In this document: positions 11,088-20,831 of the stretch, one piece after another
Position numbering within the stretch: the stretch's first letter is position 1
How the letters are laid out: every line of letters starts with the position of its first letter
Source of the DNA: Andalucia godoyi And28
Lineage: Eukaryota > Protista > Jakobida
Assembly: GCA_009859145.1 (NCBI GenBank)
Contig: VRVR01000019.1
Span: forward strand, 197,695 to 261,694
DNA: 64,000 nt
Reading direction: 5' to 3'
Program-made: the position numbers and the translations under genes
The notes under the pieces: model-generated
Told to the model about the DNA's origin: nothing
The model's database searches: none
The model's input: the letters and a program-made list of their open reading frames with translations, nothing else

Positions 11088-11997
11088 TGTCGGGGTGGTT
11101 CACCAAGCAAAATTGAAGGGAAGGGAAGAAGAAAGAAGAAAAGAAAAAGAAAAAGAAAAGGACAGCAACAAACAGACAACGTCAAAAATGTATAGGATAA
11201 TCCGCAAAAAGTATTACTGCTACTATTTCTTGAAGAAGAAGAAAAACACGATAGACGTGGGGTAATGTCGAAGATAATAAAGGGGTTTCTCTCGGTGGTT
11301 TCACACAGATGAGAACGATGGGAAATAGCAAAGGAAAGAAGAAACCAAAAATTCCGGAGCGGACCTTCTCTTGTTGCTGCCAATTTGCACTCGCCAGTCG
11401 GGGACACTCGGACACCAGACGGAGAAAATAGTTCGTACACGTGCCTTCTGTGTACAGCGTAGGCCCAGCTGGGATTCTGTCTGATGGACATGCCCTCCCC
11501 CTTTTTTTCCGAAAAAGAATAAAGGAAACCCGGTGATCGACATACTTCGACGTCTTTCGATGCCCCAACGTGACGGACTTTGCTGCCCATCAAACCCCAT
11601 CGGGGTCGACACAAAAACAGATCAAAAAAGAAAGAGGGAAAAAAAAGACAGGGAAAATAGAGAATTCCCGATTCCCGAATCGGTTTCTCTCTTCCCAAAG
11701 CCGGAAAACTCGCAAATTCTGACACACAATTGGGTATTCCCGACGTGCATTAATAATATCGTTACTAGTGTAGGATCGATCAATTCATCATCTTCATGAT
11801 TCAGCAATAGCAATAGCAATAGCAGAAGCAGAAGCAGTTCATCAGCAATTTACCATCCTTTTTTAGTGCTTCCGACATTTACCATCACCGTTTCTGTTTG
11901 CGATCGTTATATATTTATATATTTATATATATTTGTGTTTGTGTGTTTGTGTGTTTGTGAGTGCGTGTGTATTTCGCGTTATTAGCTTGTTGTAATA

Positions 11998-14900
11998 ATG
12001 CTGAAAAGACGGTCGAATGCCGAGGGGGCAGAGGCGTTGGACGTGGACTACAGCCCCTTCCATCATAATGCTGCTGCGGAGCGCCAGACGAGCGCGACAG
12101 AGGTTGATCGAAACGGAGCAATCGTCCGATCGGGGCTCGGTGATCAGATGATTGTGAATTCCAATGCAGATTATAATGAGATTGAAGAGTGGATTAACAG
12201 GCGGAAAGAAAAACACGTGCGGAAGAAGAGAGTCGAGCTTCTCCGGAGGAGAAAAGAAGAAAAGATCGCGGCGAGAAAGCTGGAAAAGAAAGAGGGCAAA
12301 GCAAGAGGGCAGCTTCTACAGCAAAAAGAGAAGCTGTCTGCTGCCACTGGTCAACGCGCGGGAATTGAATCGAGAACGTTGGATGAAATCGCAGATGATG
12401 GAGCCGATGAGCTGTTTCCGAGAAAGCCTGCGAGACATGGTCATTTTGAGGACGACGACAGTGATGCGGATGCTGAACCGTATGAAAATGGCGAGAACAG
12501 CGATGAGGACGATATTGGAGAGACCCACAGGAGGAATCGCGAGGAAGGAAGCGACGGGATGGATCGCAGTCTTTCTAATGAGGATTTTGACGTGGATGAA
12601 GAGTTTGAAGGGATGGACAAAGGAGAAGACGAGTTTGACGATGATGCAGAGGGTCACATGTATGAAGAACGGCTGCGATTGATTGCTCATGGAAGAGGCA
12701 AGAGCATAGACACGCATGCTTCCAAAGCTGCTGGCGCAGCTGCAGCTGTGGAGGCTGGGAAATCCGGGAAAGAAGAGGATGCTGAGTTCGATGCGGAAGA
12801 AGATACTGTTCTCGATCTATATCGCGCCAAGCAGAAGCGCGTCTGGCTGTCTCGGATCTTTTCTACCAATTTGTACTGGTCTGAGAAGCTGCAATTGTTG
12901 TGGGATTTTGCGCAGTTGGTGGCGTTCTGGATTGCATTTCCTGTCCCGTTCCCAAAACTGTGGCTGGAAGACTCGTCGCTTGTTCGTGCATTCCTGTTTG
13001 ACGTCCCTTTGGACCGAACGGGCGTGTCCTCGTGGTATTCGTTCGATCCCGCCACCTCACCTAGTGGACCCTTGTACATTTTCATATTTGTGCTCGCTGG
13101 CTTGCCTGTGTTGCTCGCCGCAGTCTATGCTGTCCTCTCTCGATACAAGTCCCGAAACATGCAAAGGCTTGTCGTGTCGATCATGCAGTGCATCTACATG
13201 CCGGTTATCTATCATCTCGCAAAAATGGGCGTTTGTCAATCGGATGGTGGCGTGTTATTCACTTGCCAGCCACAGATCACCGGCGGAGCCATCCCGCTGC
13301 TTGCAGTTTCGATCGTAATCATTGTTCTTTTCGGTATCGGCTTTCCATTCCTGATGATCCATGCCATCCAAAAGCGGCTGATCTACAAGTCTGGCCCGGA
13401 TCATGACGCGTACATCCGTGCCAAAGAAGCCGAATACATTCTTAACTTGGATCGCGCGTACAAGAAGCACAACTTTTATTTGTTCAGCTCGTTCAAGCGA
13501 CACTCGGTTTTCTTCAAACCTTGCATGCTGCTGTTCAAGTTCCTGTGCATCGTTGTGCTGTGTGGCTTCCAGTCGGATATGCAGTGGCGAGCCATGACGA
13601 TGTGCTTGCTGCTTGCGGTTCCCTTGCTCTGGTGCTTTTTCCGCCCTCCTTTCCGGTGCACGTCTTCCAGTTTGTGCTTGGAGATTCTCGGTTGGTGTCT
13701 GTTCGTGCCAATGCTGTTTGGATATCTAATCTCAACCGGAGCAGAATCTCCGATGCTGATTTCTACTGTTGTCCGCGTCTTTGTTATCTTCTTCCTCTCT
13801 GCCGGCCCATGTGCGGTGGCGTTGATTATTTTGTTTCGGTTGTTGTTTGAAAGAAACACAACGTGGCCTGTGAACGCTTCCTCCGTATCTCAGCTGACGA
13901 ACGGCTACGAACATTTCGTGGCTGCCATTCATCACGCTAACAAGCTGCTTCGGCGAATTTCGGAAACCCGTCCTGAACTTCAACGCTGCGATCTTATGTC
14001 GAAAATGATTCGAACGTTGAACGAATACTGGGAACAGGCGAGTTACGAAGAACATCCTTTGGCGAACACTCTGCAGTTTCGAATGGAGCGGTTGATCACG
14101 GAGTACAATCGGTACAAGAATATCACGTTGTTGCCGAATCGTGAGCTCGAAGACATCATTCTCGAATTCAAGGACAGGGCAGACACGCGAGAGAAGGATC
14201 TCATTCTGATGAAGCCAAAGAAGAGATCCATCCTGATGAAACTCCTCGCGCTGCGAGCATTCCAGACAGCGATCAAGAAACGTGAGTCCATTGTTGCGGA
14301 TGAAGAGCAAGGGTTGGTTCCCCACGAAACAGACGCCCTCTTGTCGGATTACCAAAACAATGAAACGGGTGCGGATGACGCCCCATCGGAACGCTCCGCG
14401 CAGTTCTTTGCCGTCTCTACGATTTTCGGACCGGACGCGACCGTGGATGAGCAACATGGTGCGGACGATGAAATGCCTTTGATAACCCCGGATACAAGCA
14501 AGTCGCAGCCATTTCTCGACTTTTCGCAGCCGGCTGTTCCGGAATCATCTCCAGACGAATTCGCGGGTATTCTAGATGTGGACGATTTCATCATTGATGA
14601 AAAGACAGGAAAACTGGCCTCTGTTGACATTGGTGAGACGACAGACCAGCAAAGCTTGGATGTGGGCCAAGGGGTTACCGAGTCTCTGCAGGTGAGAACA
14701 GCCGCACGATTGGCCGTCATTCTCAACAAGATTCCGTCCGAGCAGCTTACCAAAGTCAAGAAGACGCTCAATGAACGACTTCGTGAATTCGAGCAATCGT
14801 TCATTGCAGAGAATGGCAGGAAGCCGAAGATTTCGGATGTCAAACAAGTTCCCGAAATTTATAAGCTGTACAAACGATTCTTGGTGGTGCGTTCGACTCT

Positions 14901-16047
14901 GAAAAAGAAGGATGTCGCCAACGATTCTGGCGACAATGTGCAAGACGGCCAACGTGCCACAGAAGTACCAGCACCCGCAGCCCCAGCCGTAGACACTGCA
15001 CCTGCTCCTGCACTGGCGATCACAACTGATAAGATGGGTTCAGCGGAAGGTGTAGCAGCGGCTGAGGCTCCATCACCACCAGTAGCAGCACCTGGCTCTC
15101 GGCCGACGTCTGCCCGGGGCTCTATCCACCAACTTCCTGCTCGCGTAACACCACTGGAAGACGCTAACGCTGGCGAAAAGACAGCGAGTGCTTCAAGATC
15201 TGCAACGCCGGTGCTCGCGGTACCAGACAATCTCTCTGTTCAATCACGGCCGTCTTCTGCAAAGACCCCTGTGGGGGCACTTGTGAAATCTTCCCGTCGC
15301 CCCGATTCTGCTGCGAACAAGCGCCACGTGTCCTTCCCTGCCGCGGATACGGAATCCTCAGTTCCGTCGTCGTCGTCGAGATCCGTCACACCTGTTTCAC
15401 CTCTGACCCAAACAGAAGCCAGCGCCAATTCCAATCCTGCAGCGGAAAAAGAAGCACCCCCAGTGTCAAAATCGCAGCCTGCGATTGCTGAACACGACAC
15501 AACCCGAGCGCAAGGGCAACCGCTTTCAGACATTTCCGTTGCCCCGACATTGGATGAAACAAAAAAGAAGACGGATGTTACAGTTGAAGGGCTCCCAGCG
15601 CAAGTGATCCGCGACTCGTCAGCAGTTTTGGCTCCAGCATCGACCAACGTTGTCACGAGTCCTGTCGCGGCTGTTGTACAGTCCGCTCCTGTTCCAGAAC
15701 CGGTTCTAGCCCCAACCCCAGCAGTCGTCGCTGCCGTGGATTCGCAGCCTGCTGAAAGTCAAGAGGCGAAGCAGGTCTCTGGGCGGGAAATCTTGCTTCT
15801 CTCACCAGAAGAGCTGGTGGGCTTCACGAAGAAGTTACTACAGAAATTCGAGGCGGCCAAGGACGATGAAGAAGTCCAGGCAGAAATCGGTCGCGTTCGA
15901 GAACGCTGGAAGCGTATCATCTATGACTGGGAGAAGGAGTTTGCCAAGGAAAACGGTGTGAAGCCGGACAAGGACGACAAACGGAAAATCAAGAATTGGT
16001 ATGTGTGCTTCAAGCTCCTTACTGAGGCAACAACCAAGCCGTCTTGA
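11998..16047 (+). CDS. Large multi-pass membrane protein with two Sld2/RECQL4-N (FAM13A-like) helical domains
   Basis: 1349-aa ORF with an acidic N-terminus, about 8-9 hydrophobic segments, a low-complexity region, and two motifs LREFEQSFIAENGRKPKISDV and IYDWEKEFAKENGVKPDKDD. Confidence 0.7.
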   Translation: MLKRRSNAEGAEALDVDYSPFHHNAAAERQTSATEVDRNGAIVRSGLGDQMIVNSNADYNEIEEWINRRKEKHVRKKRVELLRRRKEEKIAARKLEKKEGKARGQLLQQKEKLSAATGQRAGIESRTLDEIADDGADELFPRKPARHGHFEDDDSDADAEPYENGENSDEDDIGETHRRNREEGSDGMDRSLSNEDFDVDEEFEGMDKGEDEFDDDAEGHMYEERLRLIAHGRGKSIDTHASKAAGAAAAVEAGKSGKEEDAEFDAEEDTVLDLYRAKQKRVWLSRIFSTNLYWSEKLQLLWDFAQLVAFWIAFPVPFPKLWLEDSSLVRAFLFDVPLDRTGVSSWYSFDPATSPSGPLYIFIFVLAGLPVLLAAVYAVLSRYKSRNMQRLVVSIMQCIYMPVIYHLAKMGVCQSDGGVLFTCQPQITGGAIPLLAVSIVIIVLFGIGFPFLMIHAIQKRLIYKSGPDHDAYIRAKEAEYILNLDRAYKKHNFYLFSSFKRHSVFFKPCMLLFKFLCIVVLCGFQSDMQWRAMTMCLLLAVPLLWCFFRPPFRCTSSSLCLEILGWCLFVPMLFGYLISTGAESPMLISTVVRVFVIFFLSAGPCAVALIILFRLLFERNTTWPVNASSVSQLTNGYEHFVAAIHHANKLLRRISETRPELQRCDLMSKMIRTLNEYWEQASYEEHPLANTLQFRMERLITEYNRYKNITLLPNRELEDIILEFKDRADTREKDLILMKPKKRSILMKLLALRAFQTAIKKRESIVADEEQGLVPHETDALLSDYQNNETGADDAPSERSAQFFAVSTIFGPDATVDEQHGADDEMPLITPDTSKSQPFLDFSQPAVPESSPDEFAGILDVDDFIIDEKTGKLASVDIGETTDQQSLDVGQGVTESLQVRTAARLAVILNKIPSEQLTKVKKTLNERLREFEQSFIAENGRKPKISDVKQVPEIYKLYKRFLVVRSTLKKKDVANDSGDNVQDGQRATEVPAPAAPAVDTAPAPALAITTDKMGSAEGVAAAEAPSPPVAAPGSRPTSARGSIHQLPARVTPLEDANAGEKTASASRSATPVLAVPDNLSVQSRPSSAKTPVGALVKSSRRPDSAANKRHVSFPAADTESSVPSSSSRSVTPVSPLTQTEASANSNPAAEKEAPPVSKSQPAIAEHDTTRAQGQPLSDISVAPTLDETKKKTDVTVEGLPAQVIRDSSAVLAPASTNVVTSPVAAVVQSAPVPEPVLAPTPAVVAAVDSQPAESQEAKQVSGREILLLSPEELVGFTKKLLQKFEAAKDDEEVQAEIGRVRERWKRIIYDWEKEFAKENGVKPDKDDKRKIKNWYVCFKLLTEATTKPS

Positions 16048-16124
16048 GCAAAAGAAGAAGTCTTCGTGTAAATATCTCTTCCATTTTCACTCCCGCTGCA
16101 GCAGAAAAGGCCGTTTCGTGAATA

Positions 16125-16509
16125 TCATCGAAGAACCACGTCGACTACCGTGGACAGCGGGCTAGAGGCTCGCTCAAACATATCTGTGTATCCACAGCGA
16201 GTGCACGACACCGTCAGGAACTTCCGTCGTTGAATATTCAGCATCTTTGTGAGCAATCCGTCAACTTCCCGCATTTCATCAACAGAGTATTCTTGATATC
16301 CGCATTTTGGCTGTGATGCGAAAATGCCATATTCACAACAGAAAACAAACAAATAAATAAGAACTCGCTCAGTCATAAAATGGGAGTCCAAAGGATCAAA
16401 CAATCGTTGAGAGGAAACATACGCAGTGATAAGCAGGCGAATTCTTCACGCCAAGAATTGGCGAGCCGCCCCACGCGGATCGAATCAGACTCCACAACGT
16501 GTGCAGCAT
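16125..16509 (-). CDS. Zn-ribbon protein (DUF2082-like), two exons: 16509-16423 and 16310-16125
   Basis: Splicing a GTATGT...CACAG intron (16422-16311, 112 nt) joins AYHC to PKCGYQEY in frame. This restores the first CxxC; the second is SCTRCGYTDMF. Confidence 0.75.
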
Positions 16510-16720
16510 ATTGCATAATACTTAAAACAGAGATGGTGTGTGTGTGCGTGTGTGTGTGCGTGTGTGCGTGAGCGTATGAAAAGAAAGAAAGAGAGAGAGA
16601 GAGAGCAGAAGAAAACAGGACGGAGCGGAACTCAGACTCGACTGAACTCGCGAGTGTTGCTCGCAGTGGTTCCTCTCTGTACCGGACGTTATTTTTGATT
16701 TCTTCGATTTTACTTGCTAC

Positions 16721-17827
16721 TTACTTTCGAGAAGATGAGCAGGTGTCCTTGGCGGTGATCGCTGAGCTGAAGGCCTGCCACAGCGTGGCATCCTTGATGC
16801 AAACGGTTCCGCCCCCGCGGTTTGCCTGAGACGTCATGTGGTTAATATCTCCGATGCATGTGATTCCCTTGGCGGAACCCTGGGAAACTGCCCATTTTGC
16901 ATGGTCCTGAGTTTCCTTGAATGAGTCAGAGCCGAGCTGCACTTCCTGGACATTGACGACTGCATACTTGCAAGACGATCCGCAGCACGACGGTTCGTAC
17001 GGTCTCATCCACGTCTCGACGTACAACGGGGTAGTGAAGTACGGTGCAACAAGATCTTCGTACAACATCTGGGCCCACTGTTTGTTCTTCGCAAACGAGA
17101 TGAACTGTGTTCCGCTAGTTCCTTCAATGATCTGCACATGCGATCCAGCCTGCGAGATCGACTGTCCAGCAATCACTTGCGCGGTATTCGGAAGCGTGGA
17201 TGCGAGAGAGGACGGCATGTTCGAGTCATAGACCTGCGGCTGGTTGTACAGCAATTGCTGTCCAACATCGTCCAAACTGGAAGCAGAGACTGAAATGCAC
17301 AGATACGTTTGACCATAGTCAACTTCGTCGGCCGGGAATGTAAAAGATGATGCCTCGGACGGACCCTGAGGGAAGCGAGGAGTCGACTGGACAAGCCAGA
17401 ATCCACCTGACGCCGAAAACGCAAACACTCCCTTTGTGTGTCCCTTTGAAGAAGACACCTTGCCATCCGGCGTCTCATCGTTGTAGAAGACCCATCCGGT
17501 GCCTGAGGGCTTCTTGTAGACCACATTAAGAGTCGTCGCAAGTGCCGAGTCTGCGTCGGTCAGCACATGCGAGGACATCCGCAGCGATGACGAAGACGAT
17601 CTTGAATCCGTGTACGCATAGTCAAATCCCTCGGAGCCCACAGAAGATCCGTGGTGAGTTCCGGACGTCACGTTGAACACTCCCTTTGACGAGCTGCGAG
17701 GGAGCTTGTACATGATCCACCACTCAACAGAAGACCCGGAGTCGCTGATGCACCCAAGACTCGACGCCTGGACCGCCGCAAAGCAACAAGAAACGCTCAG
17801 AACAAGCAACAATAACATGCCGCTCAT
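16721..17827 (-). CDS. DNASE2: Deoxyribonuclease II (secreted/lysosomal)
   Basis: Signal peptide, VEWWIMYKLP, GHTKGV, GFWLVQSTPRFP, DHAKWAV and CIGDINHMTSQANRGGGTVC. Confidence 0.92.
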   Translation of the reverse strand: MSGMLLLLVLSVSCCFAAVQASSLGCISDSGSSVEWWIMYKLPRSSSKGVFNVTSGTHHGSSVGSEGFDYAYTDSRSSSSSLRMSSHVLTDADSALATTLNVVYKKPSGTGWVFYNDETPDGKVSSSKGHTKGVFAFSASGGFWLVQSTPRFPQGPSEASSFTFPADEVDYGQTYLCISVSASSLDDVGQQLLYNQPQVYDSNMPSSLASTLPNTAQVIAGQSISQAGSHVQIIEGTSGTQFISFAKNKQWAQMLYEDLVAPYFTTPLYVETWMRPYEPSCCGSSCKYAVVNVQEVQLGSDSFKETQDHAKWAVSQGSAKGITCIGDINHMTSQANRGGGTVCIKDATLWQAFSSAITAKDTCSSSRK

Positions 17828-17942
17828 GATAATAGCCCTAGTGCAATCGCCCTGAATATTTCCAATCCAAATTCTTTTCTAATTGAAGAAGAAAAAAAGG
17901 ACTTTGTTAAATAACAAGAATGTGAAACGAATATATCGGATA

Positions 17943-18735
17943 GGGCACACCCATTCAAATCAATGCAGGGATTCCCAGGAACGAGAGGCGTGAAATGCCC
18001 GGCAGAACCAGACATTTTCAATCTTCATGAGTGCCTCACGCGAGGACTCCAGCTCGCTTGCACTGGGAATACCGCGTGGATTCCGACACAAGAACCGCGG
18101 TCAGATGGACAGTTCTCTGTGGCGCAGTGTCTCAACCCCCCGGGGCACGAAGCGCTCACGACGCAACACCAGTTTCTCGCGCATCCGCATGCGCACCCTC
18201 TTCGGGTGTTGGTGGAACCGAAAAAAGGGTGCCACCTGGTCGCGGGTAGCCAGACGGTCCAGCAGCTTGACCGTCGCCTGCTGCTTCTTGACACGACTGC
18301 GGAATCGGCGGCTGTTATGTCACGAGTGCGCCGCGCCACGTGATGAACGGCAAATCGTTCATCCAGATCGGGATGGCGCAGCCGCTCTCGGAGTGCAGCT
18401 TTCACCACCTGCACCATTGGGTTCTGAAAATGTGCAAGTATGAAACCGACAACGTGTGGCGAAGTGTGAGGAGGATGTGGTGCCAAATAAAAACGGTGAA
18501 ACATCAAAATACGAACGCAGCAGTGTTTTATGCAATATTTTATTTGACACAACGAAGTCCAAGGTGAAACGGGAGAAAGGAAAAAGGAAAAAGGGAATGG
18601 GTTCAACAAACAAAATCCAAGGGACGAGAGACAGCGGATAACAGACAAAAGGGAAAAGGAAACGAGAGAGAAACGGAAAGGGGAGCGGCTTAGGAATTGC
18701 TGGAATTTCTGAATTGAATTTTGGGGAAGCGCCCT
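17943..18735 (-). mobile_element. Family A copy 1: non-autonomous Fanzor1-like element, internally deleted
   Basis: Inverted near-duplicate of 47269-48249. Flanked by TA at 17941-42 and 18736-37, with imperfect terminal inverted repeats. Carries fragments MVQVVKAALRERLRHPDL (ATG 18417), RRFRSRVKKQQATVKLLDRL and GLRHCATENCPSDR. Confidence 0.75.
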
Positions 18736-19344
18736 TACTATTTATTATTATTATTATTATTATTTGGCGAAGGCAGCAAGCATAGCTTCTGGTGCACGAA
18801 ATTGATCGCATTATTTTCAGGCTACGATCTTTTAAAGGTATATCATGATGTATTACCTGTGTTTATTTTGTAGAAGACTCATTTGTTCTATTGCCACTTC
18901 TGTTTTCCTTTTTTTTGTCCGAGTTGCAACATTGATGATGCATCGTCAGCGAAAGGCTCTGGAGAGCTCGCAAGCCTATATTTTTTTTACCGGAGTTCTC
19001 GCTCCACCTCGCAAAGACGACATCAGGGCACAGGACTGACATAGCAACAGAAAATGATGCAGAGCTGCAAGTGCATGTGACTTCAACAGGGAAAAACTCG
19101 TCAATGTTTCCTCGTCGTAAACAGCAGTCTCGCAAAACGGAATGATGTCTGCAAACCTTGGCTGCACAAACTCGGACACAGTGTAGTGTGCGATCCTTTC
19201 CGATGGGATCGGGGGATGGCAGCGCAGGTCTTCTAATCCGCGCACGTTGATATCAGCGTGTCCAGCACGGCGCACGTATCGCTTGAGGAATATGAAATTG
19301 GGATAGACCAGCGCCCAGAATACCAGTATTTGCGCGCTTTTTTC

Positions 19345-20250
19345 TCAGCATCTTTGCAAAGGCGTCGCATCGCCAACATTGTCGTCATCGTCATCGAGAA
19401 GTGCTTGCCTATTTCGCTTTCTATTGAGTGCATTCTCTACCGAAGACGACGTGTTCTCTTCCACAACCCGTCTTCTTTTGGCTGCCGTAGCATCAGAATC
19501 ATCTTGCGCCTCCGTCGACTGTTGCGAGCTGTTAAAGCCAGCAGGAGCACCAAGCCTGCATGAAAAATGCTTGACACTGTCCGCTGGTCGACCTTTAAAT
19601 GACGGCGACAGCGTGACGTCCCTGTTTGCCGGTCGAGGTGCCGGAGAAGCAGTTGGAGACCCCTTATCCTCCGGGACGTACTGTGTTTTTGGTTTCTTGG
19701 ACGGATTTCCAAGCCTTTGCATCGGCCGAATTGGAGCCAATGATCCGTGAATTGAAGCTTCGATCTTCTTTTGCTGCTCCACAAACCGAGTCCATTCCTC
19801 TTCAGTCATGTCATCCTGAACAGGTGCAATATCCTCGTACACATCCTCATCCTCGTCCTCGTCCTCGTCCTCATCATCATCATCACCACCACCATTCATC
19901 CTCCCACCTTCTTCCGTCGACGCACCCTCGTCTTCACAAGATTCATACTCTCTGAGTGCGGCGTCCCCGCGACTGCCGTGTTTTCCATCCTTCTCTGGAC
20001 CTCGATTCCCTCGGTGTCTCTGCTCGTGAGCAATGCTTTTGTGCATCGACAGCTTGAGCCCTGCAATGCGATCCGGGTCGTTTTCTGTTCCCCGCACATC
20101 TTCCATAAGATTACCAGACATGTACCGGTCAATGGTGTTCTCAAGAGACCCAAACGTCAGCAGATGCGCTTTGAGCCACGGTATCGCCCCAGGAATAAAG
20201 TTCGGGAACATCGCTACAAACAACTGCATCTGCTCATCAATTTGGCTCAT
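19345..20250 (-). CDS. CUE-like ubiquitin-binding domain protein; the frame continues 123 codons past a single TGA to 18976
   Basis: N-terminal QLFVAMFPNF...SLENTIDRYM helical motif, then acidic and disordered sequence. TGA at 19347-19345 is followed by an open frame ending at TAG 18976. Confidence 0.6.
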   Translation of the reverse strand: MSQIDEQMQLFVAMFPNFIPGAIPWLKAHLLTFGSLENTIDRYMSGNLMEDVRGTENDPDRIAGLKLSMHKSIAHEQRHRGNRGPEKDGKHGSRGDAALREYESCEDEGASTEEGGRMNGGGDDDDEDEDEDEDEDVYEDIAPVQDDMTEEEWTRFVEQQKKIEASIHGSLAPIRPMQRLGNPSKKPKTQYVPEDKGSPTASPAPRPANRDVTLSPSFKGRPADSVKHFSCRLGAPAGFNSSQQSTEAQDDSDATAAKRRRVVEENTSSSVENALNRKRNRQALLDDDDDNVGDATPLQRC

Positions 20251-20625
20251 CGCTGCTGCAAGAGGAGATCAACCTAGAACCTCGAATTTGCGCGAATTCT
20301 TTTTTTTTATTATAAATATAAATATAAATATAAAACCAAATGAAGAAAAAAAGCACATGATAAATATACGAAAAGTCGTCGTTCAGAACCCAAAAAATAA
20401 AATTTGCAGTACGGTTGACAGTCTAGTGTGCATTGAACATCAAACAAACAATATCATGTGCTGGAAGTTTGTCGATCTGTCTAGAATTTCTTCATTCTTC
20501 ACGTTTCTCCCAAATAAGAGCAAAGCATGTGGCTTGGATCTGTCTTCGGTAACAGCTTAGCCGATGACCAATAATGATCCATGACTTGGCGAGCGGATTC
20601 CGGAGCAGTCCTTCCAGTTTATTTG

Positions 20626-20829
20626 ATTAACATCCCTGCAAAGAATCCGGAGGGGCCGTTGTAGGTCTCACGCCCCATCTTTCGCGGGCGCCCTACGCGA
20701 GAGTCCAACTCGCTTGCGCCAGGAATACCTGACAAGGTGTGGTATGGCGACGTAGTGCCAAATAAAACTGTTAAATATCAAAATATGAACAGCAGTGTTT
20801 TAATTAATGTTTTCTTCTGACACAACGAA
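20626..20829 (-). mobile_element. Family A copy 3: diverged ORF-less mini (ghost) element
   Basis: 20731-20829 aligns to the 5' subterminal region of A1/A2 (gtgccaaataaaa..tcaaaata.gaac..agcagtgtttta...tgacacaacgaa). 20687-20729 and 20626-20648 align to the A 3' region (ggtattcc..cgcaagcgag.tgga..ctcgcgt; gga.tc..tgca..gat.t.aat). Confidence 0.7.
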
Positions 20830-20831
20830 CG

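Noticed and set aside
17963-18648. ORF-track ORFs within the A elements (for example 17963-18343 and 47846-48229, or 18025-18648)
   Set aside because: They are antisense or out-of-frame readings of the repeat, not independent genes.
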